Source: Octopus bimaculoides (taxonomy: Eukaryota). From it: DNA of 39,441 nucleotides. The translations under genes were made by a program, and so were the position numbers. How positions within the stretch are numbered: position 1 is the first letter of the stretch; each line of letters begins with the position of its first letter. The notes beneath the pieces are model-generated. The model ran no database searches. It had not been told where the DNA came from and was given only the letters and a program-made list of their open reading frames with translations. The stretch lies in contig NC_068998.1 of NCBI RefSeq assembly GCF_001194135.2, positions 21,164,523 through 21,203,963 of the forward strand, in the 5' to 3' direction. Shown piece by piece: positions 24,717 through 36,665 of this stretch.

Positions 24717-27700
24717 ATAGGAACATAGAATAGGTTGTATAAATGTGCGTGGCTTGGGGTCGCCTCAGAAACAAGGCTACCTGTTAAATGACATCAAGTC
24801 ACAGAATGTGCATATCATAGCTATCAGTGAGACAAGACTCCACAACCCACGGGCTCTCCAGCACATGTTCAGCGGACAATTTGACTTTTATTTTCCTCCG
24901 TGTCTGCCGAGAATGGGAGGAGATGATACCGTGGTGCTATTTCGGAAGAGTCTGAGCCTTAAAATAAGAGCAACATTCCTAGACCCGGTGGGTTGGCTAG
25001 TCGTTTTGGATGCCGATGGTAGTAATGGGTACGCTTTTCGACTGATAACAGTTTATGCACCATCCTTAACAGGTCGGCCGGATTTCTTTCGACGTCTAGA
25101 GGTTTTTCTGGGAACATCTGGACCTTTACTTTTACTGGATGATTGGAACGCTACTTTGGACACACATCTAGACTACGTGGGTAGAGATAGGAATAAGAAG
25201 GAACGTAAATGCCTCAAGGACCTGCTCAGACATTTCCAACTGTCTGACAGGTACCGACTGGACCACCCGAATATACCAATGTGGACATGGAGCAACCGAA
25301 TCGGGTCATCCAGGTCGTATTTAGATAGAGTATTCTGTAGGACAGTGGATAGGGATAGTGTAGGTTGTCCACAATTTCGTATACTCAGCTACACAAATCA
25401 CAAATTTGTGACTTGTACGCTTGACTTAGATAAAAATCATAGGCAGGGTCCCGGTTACTGGAAACTGAACGCCTCCTTCACGCGCATCAGGCTTACAGAG
25501 ACCGGATTAACACATTAGTTAAGAGGGCGTTGACGGACGCCATCGTCAATAATAGATGGTGCTATGCCCTAAAGAAAGCAATTAAAGCAGAATCTGTTAG
25601 GTATAGTAAGGCTCTAGCGATAGATATAGTTAAGAAATTAGAAGAGGCACATAGAAGTGGCATCGCGTCCAACATGCTGGCGGCGAGGTTGGCCCTCGAC
25701 CAAAACTTCAACGCCAAATACGTAGGATGCGTTGTTAGAGCTAGGATGCCTGACAGACCCGAGTGGCGGAGGCGCAACGATGCAACAAAGCCACCATTAG
25801 GTCTCTGACAGATGAACTGGGTCGCGAACTATTCGAGACCGAAAGGATGGGTGAGGCCTTTCAACAGCACTTTGCCCGACTGTTCGGGACAACTGGTGGG
25901 TCAGAACGCAGAGTGGACTTTAGTGCCTACCTGTATGGCCTACCACGACTCTCGGCAAGAGAAGCGGAGTGTTGTGAAAGTCACATCACAGTCGTGTACG
26001 TACAGGATGTGATGGCAGACTGCGTGTGATACAAGGCGCCAGGCTTCGATGGTCTTCCCTACGAGCTTTATTGTCATATGCCAGACTTGTTTGGAGGCGT
26101 CTTGGCAGCAGTCTACTACAACTGGCAGCAAACAGGAGTATCCCAGCTTTGTGAGTGAAGAAAAACCCAAACAAGGGGAACGTCATAGATAACATCAGGC
26201 TCATCATTCTGCTCAACGCAGATTTGAAGATTTTGGCCAAGGTGCTAGCCGAGAGGTTGGTGCTTGTCAATGAGAAACTGGTCGACAAGGCGCAAGCATG
26301 CACCATGCCCGTTAGGAGTATCTATGACAACCTCCATCTGATGCGCTACTTCATTGACAGAGTAGTCAAGGAACCTGGAATGGGTGGGGCGCTGAACAAT
26401 TTGGATCAATCGAAAGCTTTCGATAGAGTCGACCATCGCTACTTGGAGGCTGTCCTTAGGGCGGCTTGTTTCGGTCCTGTCTTCCGCAGTTGGATCGCTG
26501 CCTTATACAGCGGCATCCGCTCGGTAGTTCGCGTAAATGATCATCTATCCAGACCATTTAACATCACGCGTTCGGTCCGTCAAGGATGCCCCCTCTCGTC
26601 GCTTCTGTACGTATTGACTGTAGAGCCACTACTCCGGAAGCTGGCGAGACTGAGGGGCAACTCCTGAGAACTGGGATGTTGTAGGCGCGTGTCTGCATTC
26701 GCGAACGACGTCACCGTCATAGTGTCGAGTCACAAGCATATCGACTTGGTCGGCAAGACACTAAAAGAATCCGAAGCGGTAACGGGAGCGAAAATTAACT
26801 TGGAAAAGTCAGTGGGCTTGCGGCTCGGCGCCTGGAGAAACAGGTCCCATGCCATCCAACAGCATCTTCATCGTGGGACACTGGACCGACGGGCCGGTTG
26901 AATTGCTTGGGGTTTGGTTCGAACCAGATCTACAAATGGAGAAGAACTGGGACGAGATAACTAGTAGGGTGGTTACTCTCATCCAACAATGGGTCCAGAG
27001 AAAGCTATCCCTAAAAGGTCGGGCGGAGGTGGCGAAAATGTAGACCATATCTGTCATCTATTACCGCCTGACCGTCGTGCCTTGTCCTGACCCTACCATC
27101 ACCAAACTGGAATGTATAATCGTCCGCTTTTTGTGGAAGGGAAGCGTTCCGATAGTTAGGCGATCCATTTGCTGTCAACATCCGCTAAATGGAGAGCTGG
27201 GCATGCCGTGCTTAATGATGAGCAGACATGCGCTGAGATTGCGTCATCTCCGGCGCTCCATAGACGACGGTGAACAGGTGTGGTTACCGTTTGTGAGGCG
27301 CGCTTTCCCGCAACTCGTCTCTTTAGCCGAACTGTAGTCATGGATCAAAGAGAGACCGAAGCTAGGCGAATGGCACCGCGAGTGCCGCCTTGCTCTCAAG
27401 CGGCTCTGCCATCCGGGACCAAACTTGTGCAANNNNNNNNNNNNNNNNNNNNNNNNNNNNNNNNNNNNNNNNNNNNNNNNNNNNNNNNNNNNNNNNNNNN
27501 NNNNNNNCCAGAGATCCCTGACCTGGCAGTGCTATCGGGAAGCATTACCCGTTCGGGATAAGCTCCACCGGACCGACTTGCCAGAGATACAGCAGACCGA
27601 CTTGCCTGAGATGCGGTTAGAGCGACGATAGCCTTCTGCATGCACTCGTGCAGTGTTCAACAATTTCAAAGTTGTGGGCATATGTCGAACGGCTGCTGTC

Positions 27701-28021
27701 ACTTGTAGAACGAATTCAGTTATCGGCCGAGTCTATCGTGAATATTGCCTCGAACCTTCCTTTAACCGGGAAGGTAAAGCAGTTTTCATTGTACTGGTGG
27801 CTATGGTGAAAGAATGTGTATGGTGGACTCGTGCGAAAGGTTTAGAGACAAACACTTTCCTCTCTAGGCAATCGCTCATCAACTTTGTCAAGTACCACTT
27901 GAAAAGGAAGATGAGAATAGAGAGGCAAGTTTTGTCTCATAAAAGTTTCAATAAAAGATGGGTGAATGTAGCAAAGATGGTGCGCGTAAATGACGAAACC
28001 ACTTTAAGCATGATCCTGTAA
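24717..28021 (+). pseudogene. LINE ORF2: APE endonuclease + reverse transcriptase + C-terminal domain, multiple frameshifts
   Basis: APE motifs GCINVRGL, IAISET, TVYAP, LDDWN, YLDRVF and SYTNHK. RT motifs RLIILLNADLKILAKVLA.RL, LDQSKAFDRVDH, VRQGCPLS.LLY and SAFANDV. Downstream RFLWKG and ..RLR motifs. N gap at 27433-27507. Confidence 0.95.
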
Positions 28022-28257
28022 ATCCCCAAGAGAGTGAGAGCGCTTTGCTCTCATGTATTACTGTCCCCGCCTGAGGTTATCGTAATCTTTTCCGTAGGCT
28101 TTTCTTTCCACGGATAAACCTCTTTTAACCCACCTTTTTTTTTTGCTGTTTACACGTCACAAACGCTTTCGATTTCTTTTGATCGATTTTTTTCTCCTTT
28201 CGAGAAGAAAAGTTCTCAGTATTGTCCCCTCTGTGTTCGGCCCTGCGTGGCTAATAA

Positions 28258-28291
<34 letters not shown>

Positions 28292-28382
28292 TTATCTTAT
28301 CTGCCTGCCTGTATGTATGTGCATACATATGTATGTATGTCTGTCTGTCTGTATCTCTGTCAATCAATCAATCAATCAATCA
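28258..28382. repeat. Compound ATCT/CCTG/TATG/TCTG/ATCA microsatellite at the LINE tail
   Basis: Directly visible. Confidence 0.9.
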
Positions 28383-31089
28383 AACAGCAGCTGATCAGAA
28401 ATTCTGAGTACTGGGAATTGGAGGTTTTCTTTTACAATGTATCAAAGAATAGTCCACACTTGTACTGAGTCCTGTAATTTATCGTTTCTGGTGAATCCAC
28501 CCCCCCCCCCCCCCCACACACACAACCATATGTATGGTTGTAAATATGCACTTGTAATGTCAGATGAAAAAGTGTTCTTGTATCTCACTTCTGTCTGTAA
28601 CGCTTCCAATATCGTGGATTCCATTAAGACACCTAATGGAGAAGTCGCTCGACTCTCTCGAACTCGCAGTCAGATTTCCTTCATATTATACCTCATTTTC
28701 GAAAAATAAAAAGTACATTTGTTAATGTAGACCTGAATAATAGACAGATCTGAATAAAATAAAATAAAAGAATACAAATCTGTCGATCAGAGTTCTCTTG
28801 GAGCTAATCAATAATAATATGTATTGAGATAGAACACATGCACTATATAACCTTACAAGTCGCTAGAAAATATTAACTTGATTGCATTGATGCATTCTTT
28901 CAAATTAGTTTGTAAAACAATTGAGAATTTTAATTTTCTTTTCTCCGTTTCAAAGCAATTTTGATTCTTGATTTGAAATCCTACACACTGAGGCAAAATA
29001 TTGTAGAAAATACTTACTGCTTATTGGAACTGAAATAAGAAATAGAATTAAATCAATTTTCTCAGATATATTAGTGGAAATAAATCAGTGATTTTACGCT
29101 GATTATTTATTTGTAATATAATTACCTACGTTTGTGCTATTGATGTGACTTTTAATTTAGGAGTTGAAAAATATCTCAGCATTGTGAAATCTAAGAACTG
29201 TAATGGGATTACATTGCGTTATATATTACTTCAAATATAATTAAATATAGAGAGGAAAAGAAACAGTGCATAAAATTCTTATAAAATTGAAAAGAGCTAG
29301 AAGTCTTATACTTACATTTTATGCTTTGAGAAACTGAAATTACATTGTAGTTGTTCGCCTTTTCAGTAAATATTTTAATCTTTATAGAAATACTTATATC
29401 AAAGGTATCTCATGTAATCGCTGGTATGCATTTATCGTTCTATGTTTTAATGGAAGTGGGAAATGTATTTCTGATTATTAAATGGAACACAAACTTCTTT
29501 TATCCAATGATCGGTGTATATTGGCTAAAACTACCTGAGAAAGAAAAAAAATGTTATAAATAACAAAAAAAAAAAAAAGAAGAGAAGAGACAAAATTGAG
29601 AAATACTATACTGCGATTAGCTTTATCGATCAAAGGTCTATTTCGGAGTGATAAAGTGCATTGAAGGAAATATGGAGACAGATCGATATGATTCTATGAT
29701 TTATTATTATTTTTCAATTTACCAAACTCATACAAAGTTTAAAGGAGAATGCCAAAAAGCCTACACTAAGAAAATCCTAGTAAAATAGTTAATCTTAGAA
29801 GTTTTATAAAATCAAACTAATGGAAACCAGTTTTTGCCGAGAGGAAGGCATACGCACAAGTGATTGGATTTCTCACGTTTGAGATTCTTTATAGTAATTT
29901 CTTTTCAAACATTTTTTGCGAGCAAAAGAAGTAAAAAAATAAGTGTTCTAATAATTTAGGACATAAAATTCATATAGAAATATCGAATCAAAAAACCGAA
30001 CAGATGTTCAATGAAAAATATGGTAGACTGAAGAATTTTGTCACATTTTGTATTTTTCCTATGTAATGTGATATGGCAGACTTTTATCACTTATTAAATG
30101 GATTATTGTCAAATATAGAAGCAGAAATGGTAATTTCTCCCAATAAAATAATCTTCCTTAAAAAGTATACCTGATAACTTAGTTGCAGATCAGTAGTTCG
30201 CTACTAGATCACAATGCTTATTGCGCCGTTTTATAGTCAGTTTTCTTCTATTTACGTACATCTTTTGTTGATTTTCTGCTGTGCTTTACACTGCTACCTT
30301 TCCATGGAGCAATTTTGTTGCTCAGCTGTAACCTATGTAGTTACGTACGTTCTGTATGTCGTCGAATAACATCGTAACGAAGGGTTCTGATAACGATGAC
30401 ACAAAAGTAACCTTTGGGATAAATTTTCTTCGAATTAAGTCACATTAAATGTAATTGTGATAATAATAATTACGTAGATTAAAATTACGGTAGCCGCTGA
30501 GATAAATTGCTCCTTCAATACAAACGATTTTCTCATTCTATTGGCAGAAATTTGAACGTCATTCTTTTTCTTTAAATATATCTTAAGCACTAATTGTACT
30601 CAATGAGACCAGAAAACGAGCTACTGCATCGTTTTTGAAACACGGTGATAGTCATAGAAAATTATTTCTTGAAACAAATTAGATGTTTGAGAAAATAATG
30701 ACGTATTACAACGAGATATAACCTGCAACTGTTATAATTGTTGCTACTAATTAGCATAATTACTGGAAATCTAATAGAGTAGGGAAACTGAAGTACTAAT
30801 TGCATAAGATACGAAGCTGGCTCAGTTGAAGTTTGACACCAGAGAGCAATGTATTAAAGGCATCTCCACAAAATCGAGACAAACGAAAAATTATCGAAAG
30901 AAATTGAATTAGATTAACAACTCACGGATCTTAAACTGATATTCACTAACAGTGTTACTTTGTGTACGCCAAAAATTCATTTGCTCATGTCATTTAACTC
31001 TCAACATGAGACACAATATCGCTTAGTTTTTACACATGTTAATCATTCACCTGGCAGGTGGAATCGGATCTTAAAATTAGTCCCAATAT

Positions 31090-31310
31090 AAGGCTGCGAG
31101 CAGGCAGAATCGTTAGTACCCCGTGCAATATGCTTAACGGCATTTATCCGTCTTTACGTTCTGAGTTCAAATGCTACCGAAGTCGACTTCTTCTATCAGC
31201 CTTACGGGGTCGATTAAATAAATACCATTTTAATACGAGGAGATGGTCGATGTTGTCAAATTATATCCTCCCCCAAGTTGCTGGCCTTGTGCCAAAGTTT
31301 GAAACCAATA
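31090..31310 (+). mobile_element. tRNA-type SINE with a 10-bp target-site duplication
   Basis: A-box-like aggcagaatcgttag, B-box-like gagttcaaatgc, central ggggtcgattaaataaatacc and tail gtgccaaagtttgaaaccaata. agtcccaata occurs at 31079-31088 and 31313-31322. Confidence 0.88.
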
Positions 31311-31619
31311 TAAGTCCCAATAGATGACCATAACTTATAAAATACCTTTTTAGTAAAGTATCCAAACAATGTATCGTAAACCCATAGAACGGATTAGGAA
31401 TTGATTATATGATTAATTAACTTACAATCAAAACATACCGAATTCTGGCATATGTTCAGGACCAAGTTATGCAATATATTCATCCTTTTCTTTTAGTATG
31501 TCAAGGTGAAGTTTGAGGGAACTCAGTTGCTAATTCTTGCTGGATGACTATATAAAAGGTTCCTCGAAAAAATCTGTCTTTTATCTATTCTCAACCTATG
31601 CTGCAAGGCCATTAATCAA

Positions 31620-32510
31620 CTCCTGGATACAGATACACAGTCTGACACCAAAATGACATCAGACTAAAATCACTCACACTCTTATGCATAATGCGTCCAG
31701 TGCAGAAAAATTACGACAATGGAACCTGCAAAATCCGACGACACTAGAAACAAATGGTCTCGAATTCAACAAAAGTTACTACAATCTAAATGAAAGACCA
31801 AACTTTTAACCTCAGATCTCTTGAATTAAATAAATAGACCGTAAAGGTTGATAGAACCCTCACTAAATTGCAGAGAATCTATTAATATAAAAATTGACGG
31901 ATGTTCTTTGAACACAATAAACAGCTTGACTCTAAGCCGATACGATTTTGTCAGGAACTGGGCTGGGCGAACATTATCAGAAATTAAAGTGGCAATAACA
32001 GCAAGCGAAATAGAATTCTGGGAGGAGTATGGGTAGCGAAGAAATCTCCAAGAGCCACAAAAACATAAGAAGTCCATAGGCATCTCATGGGAAGCCATAA
32101 AACCATAAGAAGTCTACGGGATGCCAAAAAGAAATAGCTGGAAGGCACAATAATATGACAACATTCTACTGTTGTAATGCATTGAAAATTGATACATAAG
32201 GAACCGGAAGAGGGTGTTGAATAAAGTATTGAAGGAACTAGAGACAATATGTATCTACCTAATTAAGGAGGATAAAACCTATCTTGAGTTTCATGCCTAA
32301 AGAAACACAGCCATAAAACGTCGCATCCACAACCTGTTTTCCTACAACCGACAAGCTTCAGCTGCAATAAAATCACATCGATTATACTAACATTTAGAGA
32401 AAACGAATATTTCCAGAAGATCGGTAGGAACGCTGCAATAGTTCGTATATCTATAAAAATCAATTACTGATCCACGAAAAGCCTAAGAATGACATAGATT
32501 GACTGTCAGA
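31620..32510 (+). mobile_element. Heavily decayed RTE-like LINE, endonuclease region
   Basis: Scattered APE-like words in the expected order: TFNLRSL, KID..C..EH, ILGGVWVAKKSPRA and FQKIGR. Many stops. Confidence 0.45.
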
Positions 32511-32524
32511 AGGCTTTTGACCAT

Positions 32525-32647
32525 ACCCTTCAAAGATGAAAGGCAAAGTCGACCACAGCGGAATTTAAACTCAGTATATAAAGATGGACGAGATGCCGCT
32601 AAGCAATCTTACACAGCATGCTAATGATTCTGACAGCTCACCACCTT
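32525..32647 (-). mobile_element. SINE 5' half
   Basis: The reverse complement reads aaggtggtgagctgtcagaatcattagc...gagtttaaattccgc..gtcgactttgcctttcatc, matching the SINE head. Confidence 0.85.
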
Positions 32648-32653
32648 AATACC

Positions 32654-32654
<1 letters not shown>

Positions 32655-32702
<48 letters not shown>
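32655..32702. repeat. (ATT)n microsatellite between two divergent SINE heads
   Basis: Directly visible. Confidence 0.95.
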
Positions 32703-32703
<1 letters not shown>

Positions 32704-32713
32704 ACAACAAGTC

Positions 32714-32933
32714 AAGGCGGCGAGCTGGCAGAATTGTTAGCCTGGCGGGCGAAATGCTTAGCGGTATTTCGTCTGTTTTCATGTTCTGAGTTGAAATGCC
32801 ATCGGGGTCGACTTTGCCTTTCATCATTTCAGGGTCGATAAATTAAGTACCAGTTATGCACTGGGCTCGGTGTATTCGACTGATCCCCTCCCCCAAGATT
32901 TCAGGCCTTCTGCTTGTAGTAGAAAGGATTATT
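32714..32933 (+). mobile_element. tRNA-type SINE, full length
   Basis: aaggcggcgagctggcagaattgttagc head, gagttgaaatgcc B-box-like motif, central gcctttcatc..gggtcgataaattaagtaccag and tail ...agaaaggattatt. Confidence 0.92.
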
Positions 32934-32949
32934 ATAACAGTAAGCTATG

Positions 32950-33156
32950 AAGGCGGTGAGCTGGCACAGTCGTTAGCATTCCGGGCATTTCGTTCGTTTT
33001 TACATTGAGTTCAAATTCCGTCGAAGTAGACTTTACCTTTCGTCCTTTCGGGGTTGATAAAATAAGTATCAGCCGAGCTCTGGGGTCGATGCAGTCGACT
33101 TACTCCTTCGTACCCATGCAAAAGTGCTGGACTCGTGCCAAAATTTGAGACCAATA
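32950..33156 (+). mobile_element. tRNA-type SINE, full length, tandem to the previous copy
   Basis: aaggcggtgagctggcacagtcgttagc head, gagttcaaattcc B-box, central domain and tail gtgccaaaatttgagaccaata. Confidence 0.92.
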
Positions 33157-33289
33157 AAATATATTAAATATGTCACGTGTAATGGACAGATGAAATAGAA
33201 TTTCAGTTAAAAAAACTTTTTAAGAAAGTCCCTTTCACACTTTTTTCCATCTGGTACTAGCATGTTAAACCATTTTGTTAAACTGGATG

Positions 33290-34450
33290 TTCTCACACAT
33301 GAAGAATTGGTGGGGGCAATCAAGTTATACGCTGCAGAAGATAACTAAAAACATTGCTACTGTCAGTGCATTGGTTCACAAAGGACGTTGATATGGGATT
33401 AGTATTAAAACCTGCACCGAGGCACCTTCCGGACAAAAACATTAATAGAGATCTAATAAAATACGAGGAAAATAAGTAAGTAGGGAGAGGAGAGAATTAC
33501 AACTACATTCCTTTAATACTCAGGTATCTAAAGTGAGTAGAACGCATGCACACCTTCGTATACATATAACTACACAACAAATGAAAGAGAATTTATAAAA
33601 GACTAGTTTGATACTTAAAACAAAGTGAAGTGCAAAAAATAAGTTAATAATCATGAATAATTACTATAGGTGTCGTTGTAATAGATTTTCGATTGAACAG
33701 TAAACGAACGACTAAAAGAAATGGCTGCATTAGTTATAGAGCAGTGAAAAATCTGTAAAATTTATATTTTCTACGAATATAGGTAATTAAAGGTGTTATG
33801 CGACGTGAAAACTATTGCAAAATATCAATTGTGAAACTAGAAAATAATGGAAATCTAACTCAAATAGATAAACAAATACAAACAAAAGACTTGTTTTGTG
33901 TCTTCGAGGAATCCTGTAAATAGAAAAAGAGAGGCAGAAATAAGAAACAGTTGGAAGGAGAAAAGAAACAAAAAAACAACAACAAATATTTAGAAAGAAC
34001 CAAAAAGTAAGCTGAAAGAGGTGTTATAGAATGTGATAATACGAAACATTTCTACATACATGACCAATACCTGTCAAAGGAAAATGAATAGCATGGCAAT
34101 TGCAATACTGGCTGAAAACTGGTTGAAAGAGTTTTGGTTATGGTGGGATAGAATCAAAGCATTCCCATCGGTAACAAAAGAAAGCAGGTAATGGGGCAGA
34201 ATGCGCTAAACATCTGTAGATTATGTGGAAATGAAAAAGAAGACAACAAACAAGCAGACAATCATAATATTTTGGGGTTGCCTAGGATAAGTCAAGAAAG
34301 AATATAGGGCAGACATAACAGCATATTTCGTGTACTGGGAGCTATGGTAGCATTATGAAATACCAACAGACAGTACTATGAATATGGCAAACTACATCGA
34401 CAATGACATCAAAGGTAATTTTCTGGGTACTGTTGCCAATGGTTGCCAGG
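33290..34450 (+). mobile_element. Decayed R4/Dong-like (REL-endonuclease) LINE, RT C-terminus to CCHC region
   Basis: Words in the expected order: IKLYAAED (cf. DDLKLYA), KDVDMG (cf. DIGM.FG), LILKTK..NK, CRLCGNEKE and KKEY...VYWELW*HYEIP. Confidence 0.65.
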
Positions 34451-34826
34451 AAACGAAGTGCTTCTTAAATAAAGTTCCAACAAACGTTAATGTATTTCGT
34501 AAATTATTGGAGAAATTATCAAAATCTGAATGTCTTTAAATAAAAATTCCGAGAATGGAATAACTGTAGGAAAGCAGAAAGATTATTTCTTATAATATAT
34601 GCCTTTGGAATATTCAAAATCGTGCATACAGATACACTACCAAACCTAGAATTATGTGCAATACAAATAACAAATTGCTAGTCTGCACTGAATGCATAGT
34701 ACGCAACTTACAACTAATACTATAGAAAATGAAACAAAGCTCTTCGCACCCGAGCACACAGAACTGCATTCGGTTGTGCATTGAAAGCACACAGTAAATG
34801 TAAACTACTGAATAATGATAACCATG

Positions 34827-35605
34827 ATTGCACCAAGCTTTGGTACACGACTGGCAGTTTTTTTAGGAGAAGGGTTATTCAATTACATCGATTCCAGTAC
34901 TTGACAAATGCTTTGCTTTATAAACCCCAAAGGATGAAAGGCAAAGTTGAGGTCGGCGGAATTTGAACTTAAAAAGCCCAAAGAGCCGGAACAAATGCTG
35001 CTAAGCATTTTTTTCTGACTCGATAATGGCTTTGCCAGCTTTCTGCTTTAATGGTTTCAAATTGTGGCACAAGGCTAGCAGTTTTACGGGGAGGGGAAAG
35101 TCAATTACATCGATTCTAGGTCTTGAGTGGTTACTTTATTTTATCAACTCTGAAAAACTGAAAGGCAAAGTTGGCATCTATGGGATTTGAACTGGGAACA
35201 TAAAGGAGTCAGAAGAAGTGCTGCTAAGCATTTTGTCTGACAAGCGACCATTTCTACCATCTTGCTGCTGTTAATGATTTCTGATTTAGGCAAAAAGACA
35301 ACTATTTTGAACGGTGAAATGGTGGTGGTAAATCGATTAAATTGATCGCAGTGCTTGACTAGTATTCTATTTTACCGACTACAAAAGGACCAAAGGCAAA
35401 ATTTTCCCCAGCGATATTTCAACTCAGAACATCACTAGCTGGAGCAAATACCACAAACATTTTTCCGACTATCTAACGATTCCGCCGTTTCCACATCCTA
35501 AAAAAATTGTTTCTAAAATAGGTACAATGCCTGCAATTTGGTAGTGGGATTTAGTCGATAACACCGATCCGATTACTTGTCTCGTATTTTACTTTACCGA
35601 CCTAT
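34827..35605 (-). mobile_element. Tandem array of four diverged SINE units (three full, one tail-only)
   Basis: Units start at about 34827, 35051, 35273 and 35505 (period ~225 bp). Each shows the reverse-complement tail (attggtttcaaattttggcac-like). The first three also show aaaggcaaag(t)t...gaatttgaact and ctaagcatt motifs. Confidence 0.85.
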
Positions 35606-35627
35606 TTATACTGCGGTACGAACGTGA

Positions 35628-35768
35628 TGCCCTTGTACTTCTGGCTGCCCTTGTACTTCTGGCTGCCCTTGTACTTCTGGCTGCCCTTGTACTTCTGGCT
35701 GCCCTTGTACTTCTAGCTGCCCTTGTACTTCTGGCTGCCCTTGTACTTCTGGCTGCCCTTGTACTTCT
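35628..35768. repeat. 18-bp minisatellite (tgcccttgtacttctggc), ~7.8 copies
   Basis: Units start at 35628, 35646, 35664, 35682, 35700, 35718, 35736 and 35754. There is a single internal G-to-A variant, in unit 5. Confidence 0.97.
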
Positions 35769-36570
35769 CTGCCTCATATTCTGAGGAAAAAATACGTGTG
35801 GTGGTAACGATTTCAATTTCTGTTTTGATTGACTCTTCTTCCTTAAAAGTTTAGTTGATGGTACCGTCATATTTCGTCTCGTTGACATAGAGAATTTCTC
35901 ATGAAATGTGATGCTGTGCTTACTATAGTAAATTTTTCGACGGAAATTGGACACCACTGCCATCTTTATTTAAAAACATAAATACATTATTTTTTCACTG
36001 CCCTCTCCTGGATAAGATCTTGCGGTAAAATGACACTGCCTGACTGTTAATTTCTTCAAACCATTTTTTGGGATGACTGTGTTAAATCTAAAACTTCTGC
36101 GTCTGTTACATTACAGGCAAATCTAGCTTCTTTAATACAACTTCTATTTGATTTGTTTGTCTCTGTGCAAGTCTTGTTATTGCTGTTATCGCCATCTTTA
36201 AAAGATTTTGTTCGAAATATTCTTTTCTTTTCTATTAATTGTCCATTAAAATGTTCATTATTTTCTTCCTTTTCTTGATTCTGTTGATCATTTTTTTTGT
36301 GTACTTTTTTCATTTCGTCTGCTGTTGTAATATCTTGCTTTTTACTGTGGGCGTGTTTCACAGATACGCCCATTGAAAATTTGAAAACTGGTCAAAATGC
36401 AGAAACAAAATAAAATCTGTCAATACAAACCTTGCTCATGTCTAACCTCTGGTATGGGGTTGGGTGAGCGAAGGGTGCAGTCCTCAGGTAAAAGATATTT
36501 GCATTTAATAAGACTTGAAATAAAGCCGCTTCTCCGCGTAGACAAAAATACATTTTCCCATTCACACTAA

Positions 36571-36592
36571 TACTACTACTACTACAACAACA

Positions 36593-36665
<73 letters not shown>

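Larger units (their letters stand above)
23164..28258 (+). mobile_element. Near-full-length Tx1/L1-clade LINE (ORF1 plus ORF2), inactivated
   Basis: Gag-like ORF1 followed by an APE-RT ORF2. The 3' UTR ends ...gctAATAAA directly against an (ATCT)n tract. Confidence 0.9.

Noticed and set aside
28442-28709. Short overlapping ORFs and a 44-nt minus-strand micro-exon candidate
   Set aside because: Weak splice signals, no recognisable homology, and the ORFs run through a poly-C/CA tract.
32714-32800. SINE heads as tRNA genes
   Set aside because: A- and B-box-like motifs are present, but no cloverleaf was found and each head continues into the shared SINE body.
35628-35768. Regular repeat as a possible CRISPR array
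   Set aside because: The units are contiguous with no spacers and the context is eukaryotic; it is a minisatellite.
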